A stretch of 64,000 nucleotides of DNA, from contig JAOZFI010000017.1 of NCBI GenBank assembly GCA_027491395.1, forward strand, positions 29,672 to 93,671, read 5' to 3'. This DNA comes from Thermoproteota archaeon. Lineage in GTDB: Archaea > Korarchaeota > Korarchaeia > Korarchaeales > Korarchaeaceae. Positions 18,379-28,490 of this stretch are shown here, piece after piece. Both the position numbers and the translations under genes were made by a program. Each line of letters begins with the position of its first letter. Positions within the stretch are counted from its first letter, which is position 1. Under the pieces are notes generated by a model that was not told where the DNA came from, searched no databases, and worked only from the letters and a program-made list of their open reading frames with translations.

Positions 18379-20220
18379 ATGTCTTGGGAAGATGCCGTGG
18401 AGTACTTTCCCTACAAGCCCCGTAGATTTCAGAGGGAAGCCATAGCCTCCATAAGATCCACCGTGGAGGAAGGCAGGAGGTTCTGCCTCCATGCCCCAAC
18501 TGGATTTGGGAAGACACCAGTGGTCCTCGCGGCATTGCTTCCGATAATAGAGGAGATGGATGGAGCCATTATATGGGCTGTCAGGACTGGGAACGAGACA
18601 GACAGACCTATAGAGGAGCTGAAACTGATTAGCAGGAGGAAGTCCGTTTTCGGCCTATCCTTCAGGGGTAAAAGGGACATGTGTCCCCTCGCTAGGGATC
18701 TAGGAGTCACCAGCTACGAGGGAGTAGGGACCCTCTGCAGGATGAGGAGGGACAAGTGCCCCTACCACAGGAACCTGAAGAGGTTGAAGGGCGAGGAAGT
18801 AGCCCCCCCTCCTAAGCCCCTCACGTTCTCTGAGACTTTCGAGCTCGCAAGGGAGATGAAGGTATGCCCTTACTTCCTCCAGATTGCCTTTCTAGAGTAC
18901 TCCCACGTGATCTCACTCAGCTACAACTACGTCCTCTCTCCCTTGGGATGGGTCATCAGGCATAAGGTACCCTTCAGGGAGTCCGTACTCGTCGTCGATG
19001 AGGCCCATAACATAGAGAGGGCCGCAATGGAGTTGAATAGCAAGAGTGTGACCTCGACAACCGTGGAGAGGTCCCTGAGGGAGGTTGAGAGGCACGATCC
19101 GGATGACGAGACCGGTTTAAGAGAGAAGCTCTCCTCAACCCTCACATTCATGTCCCAAGTAGCGGTCTCGGAGGACGGAGTGTTCGACCTGGATTCCTTC
19201 CTCGGGGAGACGGGTCTGGGTCCGGACGACATAAAGGCCATGTACGCGATAGCGGAGGAGGTGTATCGGGACCAGATGAGGAGGGGCAAGGAACCGCGCT
19301 CCTACCTCAACTCCATGGCGGAGTTCCTCATCGTGGCCTTGGAGAAGAGCGGGCAGGAGGGGGTGGCCTACCTCTACTCCAAGGAGAGGTCGGGTATCAA
19401 GCTGGAGGTGTGGGACATGAGGACCAAGGAGTCCTTGGCCCCGGTATGGGACGACTTCTACAGCGTCGTCTTCATGTCAGGCACGCTTGAGCCAATAGAC
19501 GCATTCGCCGAAACCGCGGGCGTCGAGGATTGCGCCAGGATGAGCATACCCTCGATGGCCGATCCCGAGAAAGTGAGGAGCCTTATAGTGAGCGGAGTAA
19601 GCACCAAGGGAGAGGAACTCTCGGCTGAGATGGTCAGGAGATATCTAAGAGTTGTGGACGCGTTTCTATCGCTCCCAGGAAACTTAGCTATATTCACGGC
19701 CAGCTACAGGATTCAAGAGGAGGTACTCCCCGGAATAAAGGAGCTCGCAGAGGACCACGGGAGGCACATGTTCGTAGAGAGGAGAGATATGCCCGGTGAT
19801 GAGGCGAGCTGGATACTCAGGGAGTTCAAGTCCCTACCTAAACTAGGGAAGGAAGGCCTTCTGGTGGCGCCTGCCGGGGGTAGATTCGCGGAGGGAGCCG
19901 ATTTCCCCGGAGAGGAGTTGGAGGGGGTGATGCTCTTGGGAATACCATTCGATCGCCTCACCACAAAGACCAGACTCTTCATCGAGTACAATCAGAGGAT
20001 CTACGGGAAGAAGAGAGGAAGATACCTGTCATACGTGGTTCCAGCCCTCAGAAGAGCTTCCCAAGCGTTGGGAAGGGTCATCAGATCGGAAGAGGACGAA
20101 GGAGTCTTCGTTCTGGCGGATGAAAGATATATGAGGCGCACTTACTTCAAACTACTCCCGGACTTCGTCAAACAAAATGTGAGCTTGGCCAGGTGGGATG
20201 AGATAAAACCCCCATACTGA
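18379..20220 (+). CDS. xpd: XPD/Rad3-family Fe-S DNA helicase
   Basis: Q motif FPY.PR..Q, APTGFGKT, Fe-S cysteines (MCP..LC..CPY..CPYF), DEAHN, MSGT, EGADF, QALGRVIRS. Confidence 0.88.
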   Translation: MSWEDAVEYFPYKPRRFQREAIASIRSTVEEGRRFCLHAPTGFGKTPVVLAALLPIIEEMDGAIIWAVRTGNETDRPIEELKLISRRKSVFGLSFRGKRDMCPLARDLGVTSYEGVGTLCRMRRDKCPYHRNLKRLKGEEVAPPPKPLTFSETFELAREMKVCPYFLQIAFLEYSHVISLSYNYVLSPLGWVIRHKVPFRESVLVVDEAHNIERAAMELNSKSVTSTTVERSLREVERHDPDDETGLREKLSSTLTFMSQVAVSEDGVFDLDSFLGETGLGPDDIKAMYAIAEEVYRDQMRRGKEPRSYLNSMAEFLIVALEKSGQEGVAYLYSKERSGIKLEVWDMRTKESLAPVWDDFYSVVFMSGTLEPIDAFAETAGVEDCARMSIPSMADPEKVRSLIVSGVSTKGEELSAEMVRRYLRVVDAFLSLPGNLAIFTASYRIQEEVLPGIKELAEDHGRHMFVERRDMPGDEASWILREFKSLPKLGKEGLLVAPAGGRFAEGADFPGEELEGVMLLGIPFDRLTTKTRLFIEYNQRIYGKKRGRYLSYVVPALRRASQALGRVIRSEEDEGVFVLADERYMRRTYFKLLPDFVKQNVSLARWDEIKPPY

Positions 20221-20335
20221 GGTCGAACATGGAAACTCTAGGGAAGGATCGATCGTGGTCCTCTCCCATCCTGAGACTGCTTGTATTATCTGGATCGAAC
20301 TCAAAAGTTATTATTGCGGGCAGCCGTAACCTTGG

Positions 20336-21028
20336 ATGCTCGGAACCATCATTAACACGGTCACTGTGCTGGTTGGATCGTCTGCTGGTCTCCTCCTAGG
20401 TAAGAGGATGGGAGATTCGGGGAAGGAGACGGTATTTCAGGTCGTAGGTCTTTTCACGTTCTATCTAGGGACAAGCATGGCGCTGGAAACGAGGAACCCC
20501 ATTGGTCTGATCTTGGGGCTGCTTACAGGAACTCTGCTCGGTGAGAGTCTCGAACTGGAGGAGATCTTGGAGGGTGCGGCGGAGCGCCTGAGACAAAGGA
20601 TAGGAGTAGACTCAAACTTCGTGGAAGGACTCATGACAGCTTTCCTCACGTTTTGCGTAGGTCCCATGACTATTATCGGCTCCATAAGGGATGGAATGGG
20701 CGATCCATCCATAATAATGGCCAAATCCGTGATGGACGGCTTCGCCTCCATGGCCTACGCGACAGCCCTCGGTCCTGGTGTAGTGTTCTCCTCCATCCCG
20801 CTCTTCCTGTTCCAAGGATCGCTGTCCATTGTGGGCTCTCTAATAGGTGCTTCCCTCCCAGAAGCGGCCATAGGTGACCTCACCGGAGCCGGTGGGGTGA
20901 TATTACTGGGATTGGCGCTCAACCTCCTCAAGGTCAGGAGGATAAAGGTGGGAAACATGCTCCCCAGTCTTCTAATGGCTCCACTGATCTCCATCCTCTG
21001 GTCCGGCCTTCCCATTCCTACTCCCTAA
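20336..21028 (+). CDS. DUF554 family membrane protein
   Basis: GTIIN...G, FCVGPMTIIGS, KSVMDG, G.GV.FS, FQG, NMLPSL. Confidence 0.88.
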   Translation: MLGTIINTVTVLVGSSAGLLLGKRMGDSGKETVFQVVGLFTFYLGTSMALETRNPIGLILGLLTGTLLGESLELEEILEGAAERLRQRIGVDSNFVEGLMTAFLTFCVGPMTIIGSIRDGMGDPSIIMAKSVMDGFASMAYATALGPGVVFSSIPLFLFQGSLSIVGSLIGASLPEAAIGDLTGAGGVILLGLALNLLKVRRIKVGNMLPSLLMAPLISILWSGLPIPTP

Positions 21029-21842
21029 TTCTCGCCCTCCTATTCGTGATCCTCCTCTTAATGACTCTTCCCAAGGCGAACCATGCCTCTTCTATCTCCT
21101 CACAGCTCTCACATACGGCCGCCATAGCCGGACCTGTACCGGACAGGCCCGCTCCCAATGCTCCGAGTCTCACCGCCTCCAGAGCTGGAGAAGGGTCATA
21201 ACCTAATAGTAGTGAGTAAAGTAAGCCGTTCAGCGTCATGGCATCCCATATCCTTCTCGGGAGAAGAGAGAATATGGAATCAACAGTCCCAGCGTAGGAT
21301 CTCAGGAGATCCCCATCGACCTCGATAGTGGACTTTGGAGCGTGACTCTCGGGCAGGAGCACTAGAACCTCCATCTCTTTTATAGGAGCCCTCATGAGCA
21401 GCTCATCCCTCGAGTTATCGGTCATAACGAAGCCTCCCAGCATGGAAGCGGCCGCGTCATCTAGAGCACCGGTGATGGTAACTCCCGCCGACCTGGCAGC
21501 TTTAACTGAAATTTTCAAGGCCTCAAAGAGGTCCCTCCTGCCGTGAAGAGCCATAATTGAGAGTACAACAGCGTTAGCCACGGCACTACTGCTCTTCAAA
21601 CCCCAGCCCGCTGGGATCTCCGAGTCCACCCGAACCCTTACCCCATCACCACCCACCTCTTTCAGGGCTAGGAGGGCCGCCTCTCTGACCAGAGGGTCCC
21701 CAGGTTCCACCTCCAATTCGTTGGAAGGTTCGGCTCGAGCCCTCACTTCGAAATCAATCGAGATAGCTGCCCCCTTCCAGCTGGCTATCGCATTAACGAC
21801 GGTTATAGCTCCATTCACCCGAACCTCAACCATTTCCACCAC
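21018..21842 (-). CDS. aroK: Archaeal (GHMP) shikimate kinase
   Basis: GAITVVNAIA..KGAA, SEIPAGWGLKSSSA, TITGALDDA, GLSGTGP. Confidence 0.93.
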   Translation of the reverse strand: MVEMVEVRVNGAITVVNAIASWKGAAISIDFEVRARAEPSNELEVEPGDPLVREAALLALKEVGGDGVRVRVDSEIPAGWGLKSSSAVANAVVLSIMALHGRRDLFEALKISVKAARSAGVTITGALDDAAASMLGGFVMTDNSRDELLMRAPIKEMEVLVLLPESHAPKSTIEVDGDLLRSYAGTVDSIFSLLPRRIWDAMTLNGLLYSLLLGYDPSPALEAVRLGALGAGLSGTGPAMAAVCESCEEIEEAWFALGRVIKRRITNRRARIRE

Positions 21843-22662
21843 CTAGGAGAGACTCAGCCACCTCCATCATCAGATTCTCATCTGGATCGATGCCGAACCA
21901 TATCCTCTCAGCCTCGGCCGCCTGTCTCACGAGCATGGGGAGACCACCGACAGCCTTGCAACCCCTCCTCTTGGCCTCCCTCACAAGTACAGTCTCAGGA
22001 GGATTGTACACGAGATCGAACACGTAACAACCCGGCTTCAAGTAGTCGGGATCCAATGGAATCCCCTCACCTAGCGTGCCTAGAGGAGTGGCGTTGATCA
22101 GGAGGTCAGCTTTTTCAGCGACTCGAGATCTCTCTTCCCATTCCACGGTCACCGCATCGAACCCAAGCTTATCGCATAGAGGGAGGACCCTCTTCACCCG
22201 CTCTATCCTCCTAGAGGTTACGTAGACCCTTTCAACCCTTCCAGAAAGCCCCACGAGGACGGAACGGGCAGCGCCACCGGCACCTAGAAGCAGCGCGTTC
22301 TCAATGCTGCGTATCCCTAGAATTTCTAGGCTATAGAGGACGCCGCTGACATCCGTGTTATAGCCCAATGCCTTCTCCTCGAATCTTATCGTGTTCACAG
22401 CACCTACTAGTTTGGCCTCATCGCTCAACCAGTCAACGGAGTCGTGAGCCATCTCCTTATACGGGATCGTCACATTACAGCCAACGGTCCCCAGAGCCCT
22501 CAACCCATCCAAGGCCTTAGGGAAATCGAGCACATCGAAGGCCAAGTAGATGGCATTTATCCCCATCCTCTCATAGGAGGCGTTGTGGATGGCCGGTGAG
22601 ATCGAGTGGTGCACCGGATGCCCGAGAAGGCATGTGAGCCTCGTACTCGAGTCTATCCTCAT
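21826..22662 (-). CDS. aroE: Shikimate dehydrogenase
   Basis: HSISPAIHN, NVTIPYK, GAVNT, GYNTD, GAGGAA, NATPLG, DLVYNP, QA. Confidence 0.95.
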   Translation of the reverse strand: MRIDSSTRLTCLLGHPVHHSISPAIHNASYERMGINAIYLAFDVLDFPKALDGLRALGTVGCNVTIPYKEMAHDSVDWLSDEAKLVGAVNTIRFEEKALGYNTDVSGVLYSLEILGIRSIENALLLGAGGAARSVLVGLSGRVERVYVTSRRIERVKRVLPLCDKLGFDAVTVEWEERSRVAEKADLLINATPLGTLGEGIPLDPDYLKPGCYVFDLVYNPPETVLVREAKRRGCKAVGGLPMLVRQAAEAERIWFGIDPDENLMMEVAESLLGGGNG

Positions 22663-22754
22663 CCCATCATAGAATCCGTCCCTCCTTTTAAGGGATGAGT
22701 GCGTCGCCGCCAGCAGATGAGAAGACTTAATTCCTCAACTCACTCACTGGCTGG

Positions 22755-23714
22755 GTGTCTATGAGGACCTCCCATGTGGGCAGCTACCCCTTGGACCACT
22801 CCCCGGATAATCTGAGAAGGGCGTTCCTCGACACGGTAGATGCAGGAATTACTGTCCCACCAGTTCCCCAGCTCAGACCCTTCACGGACATGTACTTGGA
22901 ACCTTTGGCGGAGATGGGTCAACTCGAGCCCATAGGGGGCGGCAAGTATAGGCCCATCGACCTTCACGGCGAGCCTGAACTACCCAAGTTGGATGAGGTA
23001 GAATGGTTCCTCGAACTTGCCAACGAGATGAACTTCGACTTGTCCACAGTCAGGCTCCCCCTAACGGGCCCCTTCACACTGGCGAGCAGGGTAGAGGTAG
23101 GGGATGGCGGGGTCTTTAACTCACTCTTGGCGGACAAGAAAGCTCTATTCGACTTCTTCGTCCCCTACGTGTCAAAGATAGCCGAGAGAATGGATTCCGT
23201 TGGGTTCGGATACATCTTCGTCGATGAGCCGGTCATAGGGCTCTTGGTGGGGAGGAGGATCCTCTTCGATTACAGGGAGGAGGACATAATAGAATCATAT
23301 GAGCGGGTCTTCTCCAGCGTAAAGGCCGAGAAAGGCACCCATATATGCGGGAAATTATCTCCCAAGCTCTCGGAATTGCTGATGAAGGTTCCCGTGAGGT
23401 ATCTGAGCCACGAGTTCTTCGACTCCAGATCTAATCTCGAGAGGTTCTCCCGACAGAAGCTGGAGGATGCTGACAAGGTTATCTCCCCCGGTGTGGTGAG
23501 CGCGCAGAGCATGGAGGTGGAGGGGAGAGAGGTGGTAAGCGGTCTCCTCAAGGAGTTGATGGAGAGGTTCGGGGCTGAGAGAATAGACTTGATCAGCGGG
23601 GATTGTGGGTTCGGTGGATTGAAGGCCGCTGGACCCCGAGCGTATGAAGTGGCCATAAGTAAGCTCAGAGTAATAGTGGAGGTGGTCACATCCCTACAGA
23701 GCGAGTGCGGGTGA
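22755..23714 (+). CDS. Core (single-domain) methionine synthase, MetE C-terminal-like
   Basis: HVGSYP, LTGPFTLA, VDEP, Zn ligands HICG / HE / DCGFG; only about 320 aa, no N-terminal folate-binding barrel. Confidence 0.75.
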   Translation: MSMRTSHVGSYPLDHSPDNLRRAFLDTVDAGITVPPVPQLRPFTDMYLEPLAEMGQLEPIGGGKYRPIDLHGEPELPKLDEVEWFLELANEMNFDLSTVRLPLTGPFTLASRVEVGDGGVFNSLLADKKALFDFFVPYVSKIAERMDSVGFGYIFVDEPVIGLLVGRRILFDYREEDIIESYERVFSSVKAEKGTHICGKLSPKLSELLMKVPVRYLSHEFFDSRSNLERFSRQKLEDADKVISPGVVSAQSMEVEGREVVSGLLKELMERFGAERIDLISGDCGFGGLKAAGPRAYEVAISKLRVIVEVVTSLQSECG

Positions 23715-25327
23715 AGATTCTACCCGCTGGCGTGGAGGTCGAGGCGGACAAGGGCGAGCTACTATCCAATATACTCAGCAGAACCGTATCATTCCCCCTG
23801 CCGTGTGGAGGCGCTGGGTACTGCGGAGGATGCGCCGTGAGAGTGCTCGAGGGAAAGGTGACCCCTCCTACTAGGGAAGAGCGACTGACCGGTGTGATAG
23901 AGAGGGGGATGAGGCTAGCTTGCAGGACTAAAGTGATGGGGAGTGTAGTTGTCGAGGTCCCCAGAATAGCCCCCGTGGCCACAGTCTCGGGAATGATGCC
24001 CCGATTCGAGCTGAGCCCTCTGATCAGGAAATCCGGACTTGGAGATATGGCCCTCCCCAGGTCTCTCCCTCAACCCTCATTCAGCTTCAAAGGAATCGCC
24101 TTCCGCTCCGGAGGGGGAGAAATCGGACTTGCGGTGGATCTTGGGACTACCAACATATCCGGATCGCTGCTCGACCTGAGGAACGGGAGACCTCTGATTG
24201 AGGGTTTCGTGAGGAACCCCCAAGTGTCGAGGGGAGCTGATGTGATCACTAGGATGGAGAAGGCCTTGGAAGGTGAGAGGGAGGCGTTGAGGAACATGGC
24301 GATTCAAGGCATAGAGGATCTGTCCTCGAAACTCTGCAAAGCTGTAGATGTCAGGGAGGAGGATGTATCCATAGTCTCGGTAGTCGGAAACTCGGTGATG
24401 CATGCTCTCCTTCTTGGATTGCCCGTCGATTCCCTATCTGCAGCGCCGTTCGAGCCCCCCCTCAAGATGTGGGTCTCAGGGCCAGCGGATGAGGCCGGAT
24501 TTGAGAGGCTCTCCGAGAGCTGGCTCTTGGTTCCCCCGCCCTTGGCAGGCTTCGTTGGCTCCGACGCCTTATCCGACCTTGTAGTTGCGGAGATGCTTGA
24601 GCTGGAGAGGCCCTACCTCCTGATCGACTTGGGAACGAACACGGAGGTGATGCTGGTGACGGACGATGTGCTGGCGACCAGCGCACCAGCAGGCTCTGCC
24701 TTTGAATCTAACGTTCCGTCGGGGGTGGGTGGCGTTCGGGGGACAATAAACAGGGTGAGAATCACCGAGGAGGGAATCGAGGTGGAGGTAGAGGGTAGAC
24801 CCGTGGGCCTGAGCGGCTCAGGACTCATCTCAGCCGTGGCTGAGATGCTGAGATGGGATCTTCTCTCAGAGAACGGGAGGATGTCTAGGGAGCTTGAGGG
24901 GAAGCTCAGGCTAGTGGACTCCCCGAGGATAGAGGTGACGCAGAGGGATGTGAGAGAGGTCCAGAAGGCGGTGGCTGCGGTGTACTCGGCTTGGAGGATC
25001 CTCATGCGGAGGAAAGGCTTGAGCCATGAGGACTTAAAAGGGGTCTACCTCGCCGGTACCTTCGGGAGTCACGTGGATCCGTCGGATGCCATCGAGATAG
25101 GCCTCATCCCACCAGTTGATCCGGAAACGGTAGTCTCCCTAGGTAACACAGCGTTATCAGGGGCTAAACTCTTAATACTGAGTGAGGATGCGTTCACCAA
25201 GTTCAACGAGCTGTACTCCATGGTCACTTATGTGGATCTGGCCAGAGACCCTGAATTTAGTGAAGCCTTCATAGAGGGAACGTACCTGAGGGGGCCCCCT
25301 CCTGATCCTTCATCCGGCAACCTTTAA
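23705..25327 (+). CDS. Reductive activator of corrinoid proteins (RACo/RamA-like ASKHA ATPase with N-terminal [2Fe-2S])
   Basis: PCGGAGYCGGC..RLAC; DLGTT, NPQ...GADVITR, VGNSVM, GFVGSD, DLGTNTE, AGSAFE, GSG, TQRDVREVQKA, LAGTFG, GNTAL.GA. Confidence 0.9.
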   Translation: MRVKILPAGVEVEADKGELLSNILSRTVSFPLPCGGAGYCGGCAVRVLEGKVTPPTREERLTGVIERGMRLACRTKVMGSVVVEVPRIAPVATVSGMMPRFELSPLIRKSGLGDMALPRSLPQPSFSFKGIAFRSGGGEIGLAVDLGTTNISGSLLDLRNGRPLIEGFVRNPQVSRGADVITRMEKALEGEREALRNMAIQGIEDLSSKLCKAVDVREEDVSIVSVVGNSVMHALLLGLPVDSLSAAPFEPPLKMWVSGPADEAGFERLSESWLLVPPPLAGFVGSDALSDLVVAEMLELERPYLLIDLGTNTEVMLVTDDVLATSAPAGSAFESNVPSGVGGVRGTINRVRITEEGIEVEVEGRPVGLSGSGLISAVAEMLRWDLLSENGRMSRELEGKLRLVDSPRIEVTQRDVREVQKAVAAVYSAWRILMRRKGLSHEDLKGVYLAGTFGSHVDPSDAIEIGLIPPVDPETVVSLGNTALSGAKLLILSEDAFTKFNELYSMVTYVDLARDPEFSEAFIEGTYLRGPPPDPSSGNL

Positions 25328-25328
25328 T

Positions 25329-25364
25329 AGTTCCGGGGCGGAACTAAGTTCCGGGGCGGAACTA
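25329..25364. repeat. Two tandem 18-bp palindromic units (AGTTCCG-GGG-CGGAACT-A), probable operator
   Basis: Identical units at 25329-25346 and 25347-25364, between TTTAATA (25323) and ATG 25365. Confidence 0.9.
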
Positions 25365-26378
25365 ATGCTATTCGACCTGAGGCCCAAGAAATCTAGGAAA
25401 GACCTCTTCGACAGGGAATGGGAGCTAGAGGAGCTGGAAAGGGCCTCTGGCAGATATCCTCTCATCCTACTACTGGGTATTAGGAGGATAGGTAAGACCA
25501 GCGTGGCTTGGTGCTTCTTAGAGGGGAAGAGGGGATTCTTAGTTGACATGAGAGGTGTCATCCGGCGGGCTGATCTCTACGAGAGGGTGGCTAGGGGACT
25601 TGAGGAATCATTAAGCAAGATGAGAAGGTTCCTGAGGGGTATAAGGGGCATTAAGATAGCAGGCGCTGAGGTTGAGATCCAGTGGAGAGGAATGGATTCC
25701 CTGAGCCTCGCAGGTCTTCTGACAGAATTGAACAAGCTGGACGAGTTCGTTGTGATCTTGGACGAGGTCCAGCATCTGAGGCAACCCCTCATGTCCGAGG
25801 TGAGGGAGATGATAGCCTACGCCTACGACAATCTGGACAATGTGACCCTCATCCTCACGGGCTCGGAGATAGGCATGCTCAGAAGGTTCCTCAGACTCGA
25901 AGATCCATCTTCCCCCCTCTATGGGAGGTACGCATATGAGGTCGAGGTGAGAAGGTTCACCAAGGAGCAATCTAAGGAGTTCTTGGTGAGGGGATTCAGA
26001 GAAGTAGGAATGGAACCGCCGATGGAGGAAGTGGAGAAGGCCGTGGAATTCTTCGACGGGATAGTGGGGTGGCTCGTCATTTTCGGTAAATCCTACTCAG
26101 AGGGTAAAGGGGGCTTCGAGGCCATAGCGGAGATGGCCATTGGGATGGCCATCACCGAATTGATGAAACTCGATCCTAGGGAGAAACTCGTCCTCAAGGC
26201 CGTTGCCAGGGGGGCGAGGAGCTGGAGCCAAGTAAGAGAGCTGATAGAGGAGAAGGAAGGAGCCGTAATACCTAAATCCTCCCTGTCCAGAACAATCAAG
26301 AGGCTGGAGAGGCTAAGCCTCATCAAGGACTATGAGTTCTTGGATCCCGTTTACGAGAAGGCTGCACTGAGACTGTAG
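25365..26378 (+). CDS. Archaeal ATPase (COG1672/STAND-like) with C-terminal wHTH
   Basis: MLFDLRPK..LFDRE.E, Walker A GIRRIGKTS, Walker B ILDEVQ, LTGSEIG, PLYGR, GIVGWL, C-terminal wHTH ending FLDPVY. Confidence 0.88.
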   Translation: MLFDLRPKKSRKDLFDREWELEELERASGRYPLILLLGIRRIGKTSVAWCFLEGKRGFLVDMRGVIRRADLYERVARGLEESLSKMRRFLRGIRGIKIAGAEVEIQWRGMDSLSLAGLLTELNKLDEFVVILDEVQHLRQPLMSEVREMIAYAYDNLDNVTLILTGSEIGMLRRFLRLEDPSSPLYGRYAYEVEVRRFTKEQSKEFLVRGFREVGMEPPMEEVEKAVEFFDGIVGWLVIFGKSYSEGKGGFEAIAEMAIGMAITELMKLDPREKLVLKAVARGARSWSQVRELIEEKEGAVIPKSSLSRTIKRLERLSLIKDYEFLDPVYEKAALRL

Positions 26379-26446
26379 CTCCTACTCCATGATGTGCGGA
26401 GCGAATCGCACTTTAACTTAAATTAGTTGGATAGCCCCCTAGAGCA

Positions 26447-27460
26447 ATGCCAGCGAGCTCCAAGGAGTTCTTCCTATTGGCTGATGGTTCTCCGGATGAC
26501 GTGATCAGGAAAGCTAGTGAGATGGGCTTTAAGATAGTTGCTCTATCCTCGGGAGCTAAGGAGAAGGTCAAAGACCTCGTGGATCCGGCGCACATCGTGA
26601 GAGTTGAGGAGTGGCCCTCTAAGGGAGAGATCACCCTAGTGAGGATAAAGGGGCCCGAAGACATGTCGGTGGTCGAGGAGACAGCCTCTACAGGCAAGGT
26701 GCTTATAGATAGCGAGGGGTGGAAGATAATCCCCCTAGAGAACCTGATAGCTAGTCTGGGGGGAGGCGACAGGATATACGCGATTGCTGAAACATTGGAT
26801 GAGGCTAGATCCCTGCTGGGAGTGCTGGAAGTGGGAATAAAAGGCGTTGTGATGCCGCTGAAGGATCCCAGCGAGTTGAAAGACGTAAGGAGAATGTTGG
26901 AGGAAGCCTCTCCCCTTCAACTGGTCGTGGCCGAGGTCACAGAGGTCAAAGAGGTCGGGATGGGAGATAGAGTTTGCGTGGATACCACATCAATCCTCTC
27001 CAAGGGCGAAGGGATGCTTGTAGGGGGGTCAGCCTCCTTCTTCCTGCTGGTCCACAGTGAGAACGTAGAATCCCCGTTCACCTCACCTAGAGAATTCAGG
27101 GTGAACGCGGGAGCGGTCTCCAACTACATCTTGGTGCCCGGCGGTAGGACCAAGTACCTGTCGGAGGTCAAGTCCGGGACTGAAGTGCTTGCCGTCACGA
27201 AGGACGGTAAGAGGAGGGCGGTGAGCGTCGGAAGGGCCAAGGTGGAGAGGAGGCCCTTGGTGCTGGTGCGAGCTAGGTCTCAGGATGCCGAGGGATGGGC
27301 AGTGCTGCAGCTTGCTGAAACGGTACCCCTCATGAAACCTGACGGGACCCCCATACCGGTCAGTGAGGTGAAGCCAGGGGATCAGGTCTTAGCGTACGTG
27401 GAGGAGAAGAAGGCGAGGCACTTTGGGATGGCAGTGAACGAGTTCATAGAAGAGAGGTAA
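26447..27460 (+). CDS. aroB': 3-dehydroquinate synthase II
   Basis: WKIIPLENLIA, GMGDRVCVDT, GEGMLVG, FRVNAGAV, TKYLSE, GRAKVERRP, ARHFG. Confidence 0.93.
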   Translation: MPASSKEFFLLADGSPDDVIRKASEMGFKIVALSSGAKEKVKDLVDPAHIVRVEEWPSKGEITLVRIKGPEDMSVVEETASTGKVLIDSEGWKIIPLENLIASLGGGDRIYAIAETLDEARSLLGVLEVGIKGVVMPLKDPSELKDVRRMLEEASPLQLVVAEVTEVKEVGMGDRVCVDTTSILSKGEGMLVGGSASFFLLVHSENVESPFTSPREFRVNAGAVSNYILVPGGRTKYLSEVKSGTEVLAVTKDGKRRAVSVGRAKVERRPLVLVRARSQDAEGWAVLQLAETVPLMKPDGTPIPVSEVKPGDQVLAYVEEKKARHFGMAVNEFIEER

Positions 27461-27505
27461 AGAGAAACGAGGGGGCTTAAGAGGAGCTGACTAGATTAAC
27501 ACCGC

Positions 27506-27937
27506 TCAGGGCTCTATCCCGAACTTAGGAGCTATTTCCTGTCTGAAGTAGTCTATCGCGAAGACAACCGAGTTGAACTCGCTGGCGAAAATTTCTTTGT
27601 TCATTCCCGAGACAGGAATGGTCTTGCTGGATCCCAAGTTGCCCTCCTCATCCACATCGTACCTTACTTCCGCTAGCGTATAGTGGGCGTTGAGCAGGGC
27701 CCTGTAGAACTCCGCGCTTTCCGGTACCTTCTCACTCTCCAGTATGGTGGTCCTTATAGCCACCCAGTCGTCACCTACGAGGACGAACACCCAGTACTCA
27801 CCGTCCCCGACCTTCCAGAGGGAGGCTATGACACCCTCCTCCTTCTGATACTTCACACTCATTCCGTTGAGGAATTCCTCTATCTGGGATTCCACTTCTA
27901 CAGACAGAAGATCACCACTATGACCCACAGTGAGCAA
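27506..27937 (-). CDS. YbjN/T3SS-chaperone-like hypothetical protein
   Basis: [10 protein letters not shown]...VRYDVDEEG pattern; start uncertain. Confidence 0.6.
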   Translation of the reverse strand: MLTVGHSGDLLSVEVESQIEEFLNGMSVKYQKEEGVIASLWKVGDGEYWVFVLVGDDWVAIRTTILESEKVPESAEFYRALLNAHYTLAEVRYDVDEEGNLGSSKTIPVSGMNKEIFASEFNSVVFAIDYFRQEIAPKFGIEP

Positions 27938-27971
27938 TAATAAGTATGCCTATACTGTCGGGGCGATAGAG

Positions 27972-28490
27972 ATGCTCGTGGCAGTGGGCTCGACCAATCC
28001 CGTGAAGATCGAAGCAGTTAGGAGGGCCTTCTCCTCGGTTTGGGAGGTCGAAGTGAGGGGCGTTGAAGTGAACAGCGGTGTCTCTCCAGAGCCAGTCGGT
28101 CAGGAGGCCATTATAGGTGCTATGAACAGAGCTAGAAAAGCGATGGCCACTCTGAACGCGGATTTCGGCGTGGGCATAGAGGGGGGCGTCTTTCACTTGG
28201 GTGGCTGGTACTACTGCGCCGGCTTCGTCTGGGTGGAGAGGAAGGATGGCGTTTACGGCACGGGCACCAGCGGGTGGTTCGAATGCCCAAAGAGTTTCAC
28301 AGCTAGCTTGCTCACCGGAGTGGAGCTCGGGGACCTCATGGCAAGGATAAGCGGGAAGGCCGAGATAAAGAGGGAGGAGGGGGCGATAGGCTACTTCACC
28401 AAGGGCGTGGTGAGCAGGACCGACCTGTACACACACGGCGTGCTTATGGCCCTAGCCAAGTTCATCGCAGGTGACAGGTGGCCGGGATGA
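27972..28490 (+). CDS. yjjX: Inosine/xanthosine triphosphatase
   Basis: [41 protein letters not shown]. Confidence 0.9.
   Translation: MLVAVGSTNPVKIEAVRRAFSSVWEVEVRGVEVNSGVSPEPVGQEAIIGAMNRARKAMATLNADFGVGIEGGVFHLGGWYYCAGFVWVERKDGVYGTGTSGWFECPKSFTASLLTGVELGDLMARISGKAEIKREEGAIGYFTKGVVSRTDLYTHGVLMALAKFIAGDRWPG

Noticed and set aside
22690-22750. C/D box sRNA between aroE and the methionine synthase gene
   Set aside because: Only a weak C-box-like GGATGA and no terminal CTGA D box
25329-25364. CRISPR-like repeat
   Set aside because: Only two adjacent 18-bp units with no spacer and no cas genes; no CRISPR array was seen in the window
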